From: Dehalococcoidia bacterium
Lineage (GTDB): Bacteria > Chloroflexota > Dehalococcoidia > Bin125
Reading direction: 5' to 3'
DNA: 64,000 nt
Assembly (NCBI GenBank): GCA_965209205.1
Contig: CBDBQC010000003.1
Location: 641,401-705,400 of the forward strand
Shown here: positions 8,432 through 18,819 of the stretch, one piece after another
Layout: every line of letters begins with the position of its first letter
How positions within the stretch are numbered: the first letter of the stretch is position 1
The notes under the pieces: model-generated
Told to the model about the DNA's origin: nothing
The model's input: the letters and a program-made list of their open reading frames with translations, nothing else
Databases searched by the model: none
Position numbers and translations under genes: made by a program

Positions 8432-9771
8432 GGCACGGTCTCCAGCGCGACGAGGTCGGCGTAGGTCTGCCGCCGCCGCGCGACGCGGGCCGCGCCGTCG
8501 CGCAGGAACACGACGGGCGGCCGCTGCGCCTGGTTGTAGTTGCTCTCCATCGCCAGGTTGTAGGCGCCGCTGGCCGGCAGCGCCACGAGGTCGCCGGGCG
8601 CGAGCCGCGGCAGCGCGACGGCGTCGATCAGCACGTCGCCGCTCTCGCAGAACTTGCCCGCGATCGCGACGGTCTCCTCGGCGGCGTCGCGCATGCGGTT
8701 GGCGACGACGGCCGTGTAGGCGGAGCCGTACATCGCCGGGCGGACGTTGTCGGCCATGCCGCCGTCGACGGCGACGTAGGTGCGCACGCCCGGGATCTCC
8801 TTGCGCGCGCCCACCGCGTAGACCGCGACGCCCGCCCGCCCCACGACCGAGCGCCCCGGCTCGATGTGCACCTCGGGCAGGGGCAGGCCGTGCCGCTCGC
8901 AGCCCGCCCGCAGCGCCGCCGCGATGGCGTCCGCGTAGGCCGCGATCGGCGGCGGCGGCCGGTCGGGCGTGTAGCCCAGCGCGAAGCCGCCGCCGGGGCT
9001 GAACTCGCGCCAGGTGACGCCGTGGCGATCGCGCATCGCGGCGGCGAAGTCCGTCATCACCTCGATGCCCGCCTCGTACGGCGCCGTGTCGAAGATCGGG
9101 GAGCCCAGGTGCACGTGGTAGCCCGTCAACTCCAGCGACGCCGAATCGCGCAGCCGCACGACGGCGGCCTCGGCGGCGCCGCCCACCAGCGGGAAGCCGA
9201 ACTTGCTGTCGACCAGGCCGGTGGTGGTCTTGGCGTGCGTGTGCGCGTCGATGCCGGGCGTGACGCGCAGCATGACCGCCTGACGCGCGCCGCGATCGGC
9301 GGCCACCTGCTCCAGCAGCGCGAGCTCGTGCTCATTATCGACGATGATCCGGCCCACCCCCGCCTCGACCGCCTCGGCCAGTTCCGCGGCGCTCTTGTTG
9401 TTGCCGTGGAACGCCATCCGGTCGGCCGGGAAGCCGCCCGCCCGCGCGACGTACAGCTCGCCGCCCGACACGACGTCCATGCCCACGCCCTCCTCGGCCA
9501 GCAGGGCGGCCAGGCTGGGGTTCAGGAAGGCCTTGGCGGCGTAGAGGACGCGCGCGCCGGGCAGGCGCTCCTCGAACTCGCGGCGGTAGTCGCGGCACAT
9601 CTGGCGGATCGTGGCTTCGTCGTAGAGATACAGCGGCGTGCCGTAGTCGCGGCAGAGTTGCACGACGTCGCAGCCCGCCACCCGCAGGTGGCCGGCGGCG
9701 TCGATCGCGGCCGTGATCGGGAGCAGGCCCCCCACACCTGGGGGAAGCGGCTCCGAGGGAGTCTCGCCCAT
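8428..9771 (-). CDS. lysA: diaminopimelate decarboxylase
   Basis: YGTPLYLYDEATIR...YAAKAF...GMDVVSGGEL...ESGD...PASGAY, typical fold-III PLP decarboxylase / LysA. Confidence 0.92.
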   Translation of the reverse strand: MGETPSEPLPPGVGGLLPITAAIDAAGHLRVAGCDVVQLCRDYGTPLYLYDEATIRQMCRDYRREFEERLPGARVLYAAKAFLNPSLAALLAEEGVGMDVVSGGELYVARAGGFPADRMAFHGNNKSAAELAEAVEAGVGRIIVDNEHELALLEQVAADRGARQAVMLRVTPGIDAHTHAKTTTGLVDSKFGFPLVGGAAEAAVVRLRDSASLELTGYHVHLGSPIFDTAPYEAGIEVMTDFAAAMRDRHGVTWREFSPGGGFALGYTPDRPPPPIAAYADAIAAALRAGCERHGLPLPEVHIEPGRSVVGRAGVAVYAVGARKEIPGVRTYVAVDGGMADNVRPAMYGSAYTAVVANRMRDAAEETVAIAGKFCESGDVLIDAVALPRLAPGDLVALPASGAYNLAMESNYNQAQRPPVVFLRDGAARVARRRQTYADLVALETVP

Positions 9772-10069
9772 GGCGGTCGCCCAGCATCATCACGACGGCC
9801 GGGCCCGCCCCTGCGACGTCGCGCGCCGGCCGGGCGGCCGCTCGGGCCATCGATGTCGTATCCCAGCCGCGCCGCAGTCCCGCCGCGACGGTCGGCGTAT
9901 TCAGTCTACGGGTGTGTATCGTCGCGGGGCCACCCGCGCTCTGATCGCAAGCGGTCGGTCCACATCCCCCTTGACGACGCCCACCCGGTCGTCGAGTAGA
10001 CTCCCCCGAACGCTGGCGCGCGGCCCGCGCACGCGGGCCCCCCACACTGGCCGAATGAGGAGCCCGACG

Positions 10070-10723
10070 ATGACCACCCCGCCCACGCACGCCGAGAGCG
10101 ACTCGCTCATCGTCCGCAAGCTCGGCCCCTTCGGCCCGATCTCCAACAACGCCTTCATCCTGATCGATAAGGCGACGCGGCAGAGCGCCCTGATCGACGC
10201 CGTGGCGGAGCCCGGGCAGGTGCTCGCCGGCGCGGCCGACAGCAGCGTCGCGATGGTGCTCTTCACGCACTCGCACCACGACCACATCGACAGCTTCGAC
10301 CACCTCGACGCGGCGCTCGACGTGCCGTTCTACATGCACCCCGACGAGCCCTGGGCCGACCACAGCCGCATCCAGGTGCACCTGACCGGCGGCGAGACGA
10401 TCCAACTCGGCGAGACGACGCTGACCGCCATCCACACGCCCGGCCACACGCCCGGCAGCATCTGCTACTACGCGCCGCCCTTCCTCGTCGTCGGCGACAC
10501 GCTCTTCCCCGGCGGCCCCGGCCACTCGCGCAGCAACGACGCCCTGCAGACGCTGGTGCAGTCGATCAGCGAGCGCATCTACGCCCTGCCCGACGACACG
10601 CTGATGTTCAACGGACACGGCGACGACTGCACCATCGGCCAGAGCAAAGCGGAGCACGCGGTGTTCGCCGCCCGCGAGCACGCGCCCGACCTGCACGGCG
10701 ACGTGCTCTGGGAGCGAGACTAG
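10070..10723 (+). CDS. MBL-fold metallo-hydrolase
   Basis: FTHSHHDHIDSF (HxHxDH), TPGHTPGS. SD GAGGAG upstream of ATG 10070, within the longer track ORF. Confidence 0.85.
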   Translation: MTTPPTHAESDSLIVRKLGPFGPISNNAFILIDKATRQSALIDAVAEPGQVLAGAADSSVAMVLFTHSHHDHIDSFDHLDAALDVPFYMHPDEPWADHSRIQVHLTGGETIQLGETTLTAIHTPGHTPGSICYYAPPFLVVGDTLFPGGPGHSRSNDALQTLVQSISERIYALPDDTLMFNGHGDDCTIGQSKAEHAVFAAREHAPDLHGDVLWERD

Positions 10724-12009
10724 TGGCGCCCACGGCCGGCCCGGCGCTGCATCAGCGCACGCTCGACAACGGCTTGCGCGTGCTGGCGGCGCCCATGCCG
10801 CACAGCCGATCGGTGACCGTGAGCTTCTACTTCGGGGCCGGCTCGCGCTACGAGCGGCCCGGCGAGGCCGGCATCTCGCACCTAGTGGAGCACTGCTGCT
10901 TCAAGGGCTCGCCGCACTGGCCGACGGCGCCCCAGATCTCCGCCGCGATCGAGGGCATCGGCGGCGTGCTCAACGCCGGCACCGACCGCGAGTACACCGT
11001 CTACTACGCCAAGGTCCCCGCGGCGCACGCCGGCCTCGCCATCGACGTGCTGGCCGACATCGTCCTGCGGCCGCTCTTCGACGCCGAGGAGCTGGAGAAG
11101 GAACGCAGCGTCATCCTGGAAGAGCTGGCCATGGTTGAGGACAACCCCGGCCAGCTCGCCGAGATCGTCCTCGACGGGCTGCTCTGGCCCGGGCAGGCGC
11201 TGGGCCGCGACATCGCCGGCACGCCCGAGAGCGTCCGCGCGATCCCCCGCGACCGCGCCGTGGCGTATCGCCGCGCGCAGTACACGCCGAGCAACGCGCT
11301 GATCTCGATCGCCGGCGCCATCGACCCCGAGCAGGCCTTCGCGATGGCGGAGCGCAGCGTCGCCGTCTGGGAGCACGGCGCCGCGGGCCCGCCCGAGACG
11401 TACACGCGGCCCGCCGACGACAGCGCCCGCCTGCGCCTGCACGCCAAGCAGTCGGAGCAGGCGCACTTGATGATCGGCCTGCCCGGGCTCTCCGCCCTCG
11501 ACGAGGAGCGCTACGCCCTGACCCTGCTGACCACGGTCCTGGGCGACGGCATGAGCAGCCGCCTCTTCGTCTCGCTGCGCGAAGATCTGGGCCTGGCCTA
11601 CGACGTCCACGCCTCGGCCAGCAACCTGCGCGACACCGGCAGCCTCTTCATCTACCTGGGCGTCGACCCCGAGAACGCGGTGCCCGCCCTGCGCGCCGCG
11701 CTCGACCAACTGGGCGGCCTGCGCGACGGCGTCCCGGCCGCGGAGCTGCATCGCGTGCGCGAGTACATCAAGGGGCGCATGCTGCTCAACATGGAGGACA
11801 CCCGCGCCGTCTCCTCGTGGTACGGCGCGCAGGCGCTGCTGCTCAACCGCACGCGCAGCGTCGAGGAGGTCGTCGAGCGCATCGAGGCCGTGCGGCCCGA
11901 GCAACTCGCCGACCTGGCCGGCCGGCTGATCCGCGACGACACCCTGCACCTCGGCGTCGTGGGACCGTTCGAGGCGGGGGAGCCCTTCCGCGACGAGCTG
12001 CACCTGTAA
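10723..12009 (+). CDS. M16-family (pitrilysin/insulinase-like) zinc peptidase
   Basis: Inverted zinc motif HLVEHCCFKG (HxxEH). Length and fold are typical. GTG start overlaps the previous stop. Confidence 0.88.
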   Translation: MAPTAGPALHQRTLDNGLRVLAAPMPHSRSVTVSFYFGAGSRYERPGEAGISHLVEHCCFKGSPHWPTAPQISAAIEGIGGVLNAGTDREYTVYYAKVPAAHAGLAIDVLADIVLRPLFDAEELEKERSVILEELAMVEDNPGQLAEIVLDGLLWPGQALGRDIAGTPESVRAIPRDRAVAYRRAQYTPSNALISIAGAIDPEQAFAMAERSVAVWEHGAAGPPETYTRPADDSARLRLHAKQSEQAHLMIGLPGLSALDEERYALTLLTTVLGDGMSSRLFVSLREDLGLAYDVHASASNLRDTGSLFIYLGVDPENAVPALRAALDQLGGLRDGVPAAELHRVREYIKGRMLLNMEDTRAVSSWYGAQALLLNRTRSVEEVVERIEAVRPEQLADLAGRLIRDDTLHLGVVGPFEAGEPFRDELHL

Positions 12010-12031
12010 CCATCCCTCTGGGAGCCCCCCT

Positions 12032-13318
12032 GTGACCACCTCCGCGACCAGCGCCCTCCCGGCCCCCGACCAGGAACCCAACCCGTACGAATCGGCCCTG
12101 GAGCAACTCGACGCGGCGGCGGACATCCTGGGCCTCGACGCCGGCGTGCGGGCGACGCTGCGCCAGCCGCGCCGCGAGTTCACCGTGCACTTCCCCGTCG
12201 AGATGGACGACGGCAGCGTCCGCACCTTCACGGGCTACCGCGTGCAGCACAACGACGCCCGCGGCCCGCACAAGGGCGGCATTCGCTACTCGGCCGCGGT
12301 GTCCCTCGACGAGGTGCGCGCCCTCGCCATGTGGATGACGTGGAAGTGCGCCATCGTCAACCTGCCCTACGGCGGCGCCAAGGGCGGCGTCATCGTCGAC
12401 CCGGCCACGCTGAGCGACTGCGAGCTGGAGAACCTGAGCCGCCGCTTCATCTCCGAGCTCGAACCGATCATCGGCCCCGACCGCGACATCCCCGCCCCCG
12501 ACATGGGCACCAACGCCCGCGTCATGGCCTGGATGATGGACACCTACTCGATGGGCCACGGCCACACGGTGCCGGCCATCGTCACGGGCAAGCCGGTGGA
12601 GGTCGGCGGCAGCCAGGGGCGCCGCGAGGCCACCGGCCGCGGCGTCCTCTTCGCGACGGAGGAGATCGCCAAACGCCGCGGCGACGCGCTGGAGGGGCTG
12701 CGCGTGGCGGTCCAGGGCTTCGGACAGGTGGGCAGCGTCGCCGCGCGGCTGCTGGCCGAGGCCGGGGCGCGGATCGTCGCCGTCTCCGACGCCGCCGGCG
12801 GCTACCACAACGGCCACGGCCTCGACATCCCCGCTCTGATCGCCCGCGCCGACGAACGCGGCATGATCGGCGGCGCCGCGCCCGGCGCGGACCGGATCAG
12901 CAACGCCGAGCTGATCGAGATCGACTGCGACTACCTGGTCCCGGCCGCGACCGAGAACGTGATCCTGGCATCGAACGCGGAGCGCATCCGGGCCGACGTC
13001 ATCGTCGAGGCGGCCAACGGCCCCACGACGCCCGCGGCCGAGCGCATCCTGCTCGACCGCGGGCGCGTGCTCGTGCCCGACGTGCTGGCCAACGCCGGCG
13101 GCGTCACCGTCTCCTACATGGAGTGGGTGCAAGACCTGCAGTCGTTCTTCTGGGAGGAGGACGAGGTCAACCGGCAGTTGGCCCGGATCATGCGCAAGGC
13201 CTTCGCCGAGGTCTGGGAGAGCGCCGATCAGCGGGAGCTTTCCCTGCGCGACGCCGCCAACGTCGTGGGCGTGGAGCGCGTCGTGCGCGCCATCAAACTG
13301 CGGGGTATCTTCCCCTAG
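12032..13318 (+). CDS. gdh: Glu/Leu/Phe/Val dehydrogenase family, glutamate dehydrogenase-like
   Basis: KGGIRY, PYGGAKGG, GFGQVGS Rossmann motif. Confidence 0.9.
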   Translation: MTTSATSALPAPDQEPNPYESALEQLDAAADILGLDAGVRATLRQPRREFTVHFPVEMDDGSVRTFTGYRVQHNDARGPHKGGIRYSAAVSLDEVRALAMWMTWKCAIVNLPYGGAKGGVIVDPATLSDCELENLSRRFISELEPIIGPDRDIPAPDMGTNARVMAWMMDTYSMGHGHTVPAIVTGKPVEVGGSQGRREATGRGVLFATEEIAKRRGDALEGLRVAVQGFGQVGSVAARLLAEAGARIVAVSDAAGGYHNGHGLDIPALIARADERGMIGGAAPGADRISNAELIEIDCDYLVPAATENVILASNAERIRADVIVEAANGPTTPAAERILLDRGRVLVPDVLANAGGVTVSYMEWVQDLQSFFWEEDEVNRQLARIMRKAFAEVWESADQRELSLRDAANVVGVERVVRAIKLRGIFP

Positions 13319-13348
13319 ACCGGCCCCGCCCACGGAAATAGGACCGCC

Positions 13349-14761
13349 ATGCCCAACGACTCCGCCCTCGACCTGGCCTACGCCACCATCGAGGAGATCG
13401 CGCCACGCATCGCCGCCGGCGAGATCTCGCCGGTGGAACTGACGCGGGCGCAGCTCGACCGCATCGAGCGGCTCAACCCCACGCTCCAGTCCTACGTCAC
13501 GCTCACCGCGGACTCCGCCCTCGCCGAGGCCGAGGCCGCCCAGACCGCGATCGCCGCCGGCGACTACCGCGGCTCGCTGCACGGTGTCCCGGTGGCGGTC
13601 AAGGACCTCTGCTACACGGCCGGCGTCGCGACGGGCGGCGGCACGATGGTGCGCCGCGACTTCACGCCCGACGCCGACGGCACGGTCGTCGCGCGGCTGC
13701 GGACCGCGGGCGCGGTGATCCTGGGCAAGCTCACGCTGACCGAGGGCGCCATGGGCGGCTACCATCCCGACCTCCCGATCCCCATCAACCCCTGGCGCGC
13801 CGACCTCTGGACCGGCGTCTCCTCCAGCGGGTCCGGGGTCGCGACGGCGTCCGGGCAGTGCTACGCCTCGCTCGGCAGCGACACCGGGGGCTCGATCCGC
13901 TTCCCCTCCGCCGCCTGCGGCATCGTGGGGCTCAAGCCCAGCTATGGGCGCGTCAGCCGGGCCGGCGTCTGGGCGCTGGCTGAGTCGCTCGACCACGTGG
14001 GGCCCATGACCCGCTCCACCTGGGACGCCGCCGTCGTGCTGGCCGCCATCGCCGGGCCCGACCCCGACGACCCCACCGCGCTGCCCGACCCCGTGCCCGA
14101 CTACACCGCCTCGATCGACGACGGCGTGGCCGGGCTGCGCATCGGCCTGGACCCGGTCTGGGCGCTGGACCGCATCGACGCGGGCATCGCCGCCGCCGTC
14201 GAGGCGGCGGCCGACGCGATGCGCGATCGCGGGGCGGAGATCGTGCCGCTGACGCTGCCGGACACGGCGGCCGCCGTGGAGGGGTGGCCGGTCCTGTGCT
14301 CCGTCGAGGCGGCGGCGGCGCACGCCGAGACCTACCCCAGCCGCGCCGGCGAGTACGGCCCCTACTTCGGGCACTTCCTGCGCATGGGCGCCGACGCCTC
14401 GGGCATCGATTACGCCCGCGCCAATCACCGGCGGCTGGAGTTGGTCGAGCAGCTGCGCCAAGCCACGGCCGATGTCGATGTGCTGATCAGCCCGGCCATG
14501 GCGACGCCGCCCTTCCCCGTCACGCGCGAGTTCTACTTGACGCCGCCCGATGGCTTCCCCGCCTGGCGCATGCGCTTCACGGTGCCCTTCGACTTCAACG
14601 GCTGGCCCACGATCACGCTGCCCGCCGGCCGCAACGACGAGGGCGCGCCGCTGGGCGTGCAGTTCGCCGGCAAGCCGCTGAGCGAGCCCATGCTGTTCCG
14701 CATCGGCCGGGCCTACGAGCGCGCCACGGACTACCGGCCGGGGCGACCCCCCGTCGACTGA
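13349..14761 (+). CDS. amidase (amidase-signature family)
   Basis: AS signature GVSSSGSGVATASGQCYASLGSDTGGSIRFPSAACGIVGLKPSYGRVSR. Confidence 0.9.
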   Translation: MPNDSALDLAYATIEEIAPRIAAGEISPVELTRAQLDRIERLNPTLQSYVTLTADSALAEAEAAQTAIAAGDYRGSLHGVPVAVKDLCYTAGVATGGGTMVRRDFTPDADGTVVARLRTAGAVILGKLTLTEGAMGGYHPDLPIPINPWRADLWTGVSSSGSGVATASGQCYASLGSDTGGSIRFPSAACGIVGLKPSYGRVSRAGVWALAESLDHVGPMTRSTWDAAVVLAAIAGPDPDDPTALPDPVPDYTASIDDGVAGLRIGLDPVWALDRIDAGIAAAVEAAADAMRDRGAEIVPLTLPDTAAAVEGWPVLCSVEAAAAHAETYPSRAGEYGPYFGHFLRMGADASGIDYARANHRRLELVEQLRQATADVDVLISPAMATPPFPVTREFYLTPPDGFPAWRMRFTVPFDFNGWPTITLPAGRNDEGAPLGVQFAGKPLSEPMLFRIGRAYERATDYRPGRPPVD

Positions 14762-16086
14762 GGGCGCTCGTCGCCGGGGACCACCCGCACGCCCCACAAC
14801 TCGCGGCGGACCAGCAGCAGCGCCGCCACGCTGCCCACGCAGACGTAGGAGAGGATGGGGAACAGCGTCTCGAGGCTCACGAGTTGCCCCGCCACGGCGA
14901 TGGGCAGGGCCAGCGACTGCGCCGCGAAGATGCCGATCATCAGCAGGCTCATCACCCGCCCGCGCACCTCGTTGGGCGTGTGGTGGGCGATGAGGGACGT
15001 CGCGGCGATCTGCGTGACGGCGAAGCCCGCGCCCAGGCCGAAGTTCCCCGCCACCGCGAAGGGCCACGTCTGCCCGCCGACAAAGAGCACGAACGACCCC
15101 GCGAAGGTCAGCGCGCCCAGCGACAACAGCAGCCCCTGGCGCTGCACCGCCGCGACGCGCGTCATCCACAGCGAGGCGAGCAGCGCGCCCACCCCCCAGG
15201 TCAGCGCGATGAAGCCGAATTCCGCGTACGTCGCCCCCACCACCGTCGTGATCCAGGTGGGGCCCAGGCTCGCCACCGGCGGGAAGCCGATCGCTAGCAG
15301 CACGACCACCAGCACGATGACCCACAGCACGATCGCGTGGCCGCGCGCGAAGCGGAAGCCCGCCGCGATGTCGGCCGCGGTGCGCCGCAGCGCCGCGCCG
15401 GCCACGTGCGCGCGAGCCGCCGTGCGGTACGACATCGGCAGCAGCAGCAGGCACGCAATCGCGTGGCCCAGCGAACTCAGCGCGTAGGCGCCGCCCGTGC
15501 CCAGCGCCTCGATCACCAGCCCCACGCCGAAGATCGAGAGCGGCATGGCCAACTGCATCCCGGCCGAGTTGAGCGCGATCCCCCGCGACGTCAGGCGGGG
15601 GCCCAGGATCTCCGGCACCATCGCCTGCCGCGTGGGCATGTCGATCGCGATCGGCGCCGCGCTCAGGAAGGCAAGCAGGAAGATCAGCGCGAAGCCCAGC
15701 GCGTCGCCCGAGCCGAGGTGCATCAGCAGCGCGACCGTCAGCGCGATCAGGAACCCCAGCCCCTGCGCCGCCAGCAGCAGCCGCCGCCGATCGAAGCGGT
15801 CGGCCAGCGCCCCCGCCAGCAGGCTGAAGAGCAGCGCCCCCACGCCGCGCAGGCTGCCCAGCGCGCCGATCAGGATGATCCGCGTATCGTCGTCGGCCTT
15901 GTCCTGAATCCAGAAGATCAGCGAGACCACCTGCAGCGGGTGGACCAGTTGCCAGCCGACGAAGCTGAGGAACAGCAGCCGGAAGTCGCGCACCGAGAAC
16001 GGCGCCATCGACGACGTGGAATCGAGTCGGGAGCGGGCCACTGTCCGATCGGGGGCCGGTGGGTCGGGGGAGGGCATCCCCGGCAC
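14731..16086 (-). CDS. MFS transporter
   Basis: About 12 hydrophobic segments and an MFS-like loop LADRFDRRRLL. The exact start is uncertain. Its 3' end overlaps the amidase 3' end by 31 nt. Confidence 0.8.
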   Translation of the reverse strand: MPGMPSPDPPAPDRTVARSRLDSTSSMAPFSVRDFRLLFLSFVGWQLVHPLQVVSLIFWIQDKADDDTRIILIGALGSLRGVGALLFSLLAGALADRFDRRRLLLAAQGLGFLIALTVALLMHLGSGDALGFALIFLLAFLSAAPIAIDMPTRQAMVPEILGPRLTSRGIALNSAGMQLAMPLSIFGVGLVIEALGTGGAYALSSLGHAIACLLLLPMSYRTAARAHVAGAALRRTAADIAAGFRFARGHAIVLWVIVLVVVLLAIGFPPVASLGPTWITTVVGATYAEFGFIALTWGVGALLASLWMTRVAAVQRQGLLLSLGALTFAGSFVLFVGGQTWPFAVAGNFGLGAGFAVTQIAATSLIAHHTPNEVRGRVMSLLMIGIFAAQSLALPIAVAGQLVSLETLFPILSYVCVGSVAALLLVRRELWGVRVVPGDERPQSTGGRPGR

Positions 16087-16112
16087 GATAGCCCCCGCCC
16101 GCGGCGGCGGCT

Positions 16113-16649
16113 CTAGGTGCGGCCCCCGTGCGGGAACTGATCGGCGTCCTGCAGCAGTGCGCGCAGGTGATTGATCTCGCCCGCGTGATAGACGTCGTGG
16201 ATCACGATGGCGTCGATGATGTAGCGCGTCTGGCGCAGCTCGCCCCAGTGCGTGCGGCGCTCCATCAGCAGTTCCGCGTCCTCCTCAAGCGCGCGCACGG
16301 CCGCCTGCGCCTCGGCGTGCGCCCGGCGCAGCCAGGCCACCAGCGCCTCGAAGCTGGCGTCCTTCATCTCCCCCTCGCCGTCCCAGGTCTCCCACCAGCC
16401 CAGGGCGCCGTCGCCGAAGGCGTGCGCGACGTGCATCCGCTTGACCGAGGCGCAGTGCGCGATGAGGTCGCGCAGCGTGCGCCCGCCCGACGACGGCGGT
16501 TCGTCGAGCATCGCCGGCGTCACCGTCGAGAGGTTGCGCAGCAGCGAGTGCTCGGGCTTGAACTCGAACGACTGATCCAGCTGCCAGACCAGGAAGTCCA
16601 GGATGTCGCGCGTCTCGTCGCTCAGGTCCCGTTCCGACTGCTCGCTCAT
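16113..16649 (-). CDS. DinB-family (four-helix bundle, metal-binding) protein
   Basis: DLIAHCASVKRMH ... HDVYHAGEINHLRAL histidine triad pattern of the DinB_2 family. Confidence 0.75.
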   Translation of the reverse strand: MSEQSERDLSDETRDILDFLVWQLDQSFEFKPEHSLLRNLSTVTPAMLDEPPSSGGRTLRDLIAHCASVKRMHVAHAFGDGALGWWETWDGEGEMKDASFEALVAWLRRAHAEAQAAVRALEEDAELLMERRTHWGELRQTRYIIDAIVIHDVYHAGEINHLRALLQDADQFPHGGRT

Positions 16650-16697
16650 CTCGCTCCAGCCCCAGCCGGCCGGCCCCCGCCAATCAGACCCGGCCGC

Positions 16698-18584
16698 TCA
16701 GATGACGACGGGTGCCTCGGTCCCCGCCTTGCGCGCGCGCTGCGTCAGCACCTTGTCCTGCAGCTTCACTTCGCACAACTGCGCCGCGTGCTCCAGCCCG
16801 CAGACCTGGCAGCCGTCGCGACAGTCGATGGTCGTCAACTCCTTGTGCGTCCGCATCCACTCACGGCGCAGGTAGGCCTCGCTGACGCCGCTCGCGATGT
16901 GCATCCAGGGGAACTTCTCCCACAGATCGCGCTCGCGGTGGCAGTAGAAGTCCGGGTCCACGCCGTGCGCGGCGAAGGCCGCTGCCCAGATGGCCGGGTC
17001 GTGATGCTCGCTCCAGGCGTCGAAGCGGGCGCCGCGGCGCCAGGCCTCCACGACTGCCTTGCCGACGCGCCGGTCGCCCCGGCTCAGCACCCCCTCCAGG
17101 ATCGACTCCGCCGGGTCGTTCCAGGTGAAGTCGAGGCGGGCGGCGCGGCAGCCCTGGCGCAGCAGCTGATGCTTGGGCTCCAACTCGGCGGCGGTGTCCT
17201 GGCGCGCCCACTGGAAGGGGGCGTGCGCCTTGGGCACGTGGTTCGATGTCGAGACGCGCACGCGCGCGCGGTTGCCCACCACCTCGCGGCCGATCTGCTT
17301 GACCTGCGCCGCCCAGTCGACGATGCCCTGCACGTCGTCCATCGTCTCCGTGGGCAGGCCCACCATGAAGTACAGCTTGATGCTGCCCCAGCCGTTCTCG
17401 AAGGCGTTGCGGGCCGCCGTGAGCAGGTCCTCGTCGGCGACCAGCTTGCTGACGGCGTTGCGCAGCCGCTGGCTGCCCGCCTCGGGCGCGAAGGTCATCG
17501 AGCGCCGGCGGCGCGGCGCACAGGCCAGCGCGACATCGACGCTGAAGGAGTCGACGCGCGTGCTGGGCAGCGAGATGCCCAGGCCGTCGCCGAACTCCCG
17601 GCGCAGCGCCGCGACGATGCCGTCGATCTGGCTGTGGTCGGTGCTGCTCAGCGAGACCAGCGAGAGCTCGTCGTAGCCGGTGTTGGCGAGCAGCTCGCGC
17701 GCGCCCGCGACGACCTCCTCGGGCGTGCGCTCGCGCAGCGGCCGGTAGATCATCCCCGCCTGGCAGAAGCGGCAGCCCTGCGTGCAGCCGCGCTGGATCT
17801 CGATGCCGGCGCGGTCGTGCACCGTCTCCAGGAACGGCACGATGGGCTTGGTCAGGATCGGCGGCATGCCCTGGATGAAGCGCTTGACCACCGGCAGCGA
17901 CGCCGCCGCGTCGAGCGGCTCGACCTCGGCCGGCGTGCCGTCCGGCCCGTAGTGCCAGCGGTAGAAGCGCGGCACGTAGACGCCGGGCGTCCGCGCCAGC
18001 CGGCGCAGCAGTTCGAGCCGCGGCCCGCCCCCGGCCGACTTCCAGGCGCGCAGGACCTCCGTAACTTCGAGGATCACGTCCTCGCCCTCGCCCAGGATGA
18101 AGGCGTCGATCACCAGCGCCAGCGGCTCGGGCACCAGCGCCCCGGAGCCGCCGGCGAAGACGATGGGGGCGTCGTCGGCGCGCTCCGCGGCGAGCACGGC
18201 GATGCCCGCCAAGTCGAGCATGTTGCAGACGTTGGTGTAGGTCAGTTCGTAGCTCAGCGAGAAGCCCAGCGCGTCGAACTCGCCCAGCGGGCGGCGGTTC
18301 TCCAGGCTGAACAGCGGCGCCCCGTGCCCCCGCAGCGACGCCTCCATGTCGGGCCAGGGCGCGAAGGCGCGCTCGGCCAGCGTGCGCGGCGTGTGGTTGA
18401 GCAGGTCGTAGAGGATCGCCAGGCCGCCGTTGGACATGCCCACGTCGTAGACGTCGGGGTAGATCAGGGCCCAGCGGATCTCGGCGTCGTCCCAGGGACG
18501 CACGATGCTGTTCCACTCGCCGCCGCTGTAGCGGGCCGGCTTCGAGACGCCGTGCAGCAGGGGGTCCAATTCGATACGCGGCAC
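16698..18584 (-). CDS. B12-binding-domain radical SAM protein (TIGR03960-like)
   Basis: ELDPLLHGVSKPARYSGGEWN N-terminus and CxxxCxxC-type cluster QRGCTQGCRFCQAG. Start set at a GTG preceded by GGAGGCCAGC; the track ORF extends further upstream without an SD. Confidence 0.85.
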   Translation of the reverse strand: MPRIELDPLLHGVSKPARYSGGEWNSIVRPWDDAEIRWALIYPDVYDVGMSNGGLAILYDLLNHTPRTLAERAFAPWPDMEASLRGHGAPLFSLENRRPLGEFDALGFSLSYELTYTNVCNMLDLAGIAVLAAERADDAPIVFAGGSGALVPEPLALVIDAFILGEGEDVILEVTEVLRAWKSAGGGPRLELLRRLARTPGVYVPRFYRWHYGPDGTPAEVEPLDAAASLPVVKRFIQGMPPILTKPIVPFLETVHDRAGIEIQRGCTQGCRFCQAGMIYRPLRERTPEEVVAGARELLANTGYDELSLVSLSSTDHSQIDGIVAALRREFGDGLGISLPSTRVDSFSVDVALACAPRRRRSMTFAPEAGSQRLRNAVSKLVADEDLLTAARNAFENGWGSIKLYFMVGLPTETMDDVQGIVDWAAQVKQIGREVVGNRARVRVSTSNHVPKAHAPFQWARQDTAAELEPKHQLLRQGCRAARLDFTWNDPAESILEGVLSRGDRRVGKAVVEAWRRGARFDAWSEHHDPAIWAAAFAAHGVDPDFYCHRERDLWEKFPWMHIASGVSEAYLRREWMRTHKELTTIDCRDGCQVCGLEHAAQLCEVKLQDKVLTQRARKAGTEAPVVI

Positions 18585-18661
18585 GCTGGCCTCCGTCGCC
18601 CGGGCCGGGGCCCTCGCCCGGCCACGCGCCCACCATCGTACACGGGGAGGCGCCCGCGCCC

Positions 18662-18689
18662 GTGTCGGCAACCCCGTGTCGGCAACCCC
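18662..18689 (+). repeat. two exact tandem copies of GTGTCGGCAACCCC immediately upstream of a promoter-like element
   Basis: Read directly from the sequence. Confidence 0.9.
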
Positions 18690-18691
18690 CG

Positions 18692-18721
18692 TTGCGCACC
18701 GCCCGCCGCGTCTGGTATCAT
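18692..18721 (+). promoter_or_regulatory. candidate sigma70-type promoter (TTGCGC - 18 nt - TGgTATCAT, extended -10)
   Basis: Motif match only. It is the only plus-strand promoter-like element between the divergent genes. Confidence 0.45.
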
Positions 18722-18790
18722 TTGGTGGCATTCACCTCCGGGTGGTTGCCTGGATTTATCCGGTGGGCCCGGCCCACCCCGGCATCATTC

Positions 18791-18819
18791 GGCGGCCGCA
18801 AGGCCGCCTTCCTGTTTCC
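18791..18819 (+). terminator. intrinsic terminator-like hairpin GGCGGCC-GCAA-GGCCGCC followed by TTCCTGTTTCC, inside the 5' leader of the PIN/TRAM gene
   Basis: Perfect 7-bp GC stem with a GNRA loop. The T-rich tail is on the plus strand only. Confidence 0.55.

Noticed and set aside
9971-10002. TTGACG ... TAGACT promoter for the MBL-hydrolase gene, with a similar GTAGACTC at 42486-42493 upstream of the R3H-ATPase gene.
   Set aside because: The spacer is 20 nt at 9971-10002, and no acceptable -35 is present at 42464-69. TAGACT may be this organism's -10 flavour, but I cannot support individual promoter calls.
9772-10069. Lysine (L-box) riboswitch in the 298-nt region upstream of lysA.
   Set aside because: I could not recognise the conserved L-box helices or motifs in the reverse complement. 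Only -10-like TAGACT boxes are visible. A covariance-model search would be needed to exclude it formally.
11843-15454. 1203-aa minus-strand ORF.
   Set aside because: It is antisense to M16 peptidase, gdh and amidase, and out of frame with the MFS gene. It is low-complexity R/G/A/D-rich, the same GC artefact.
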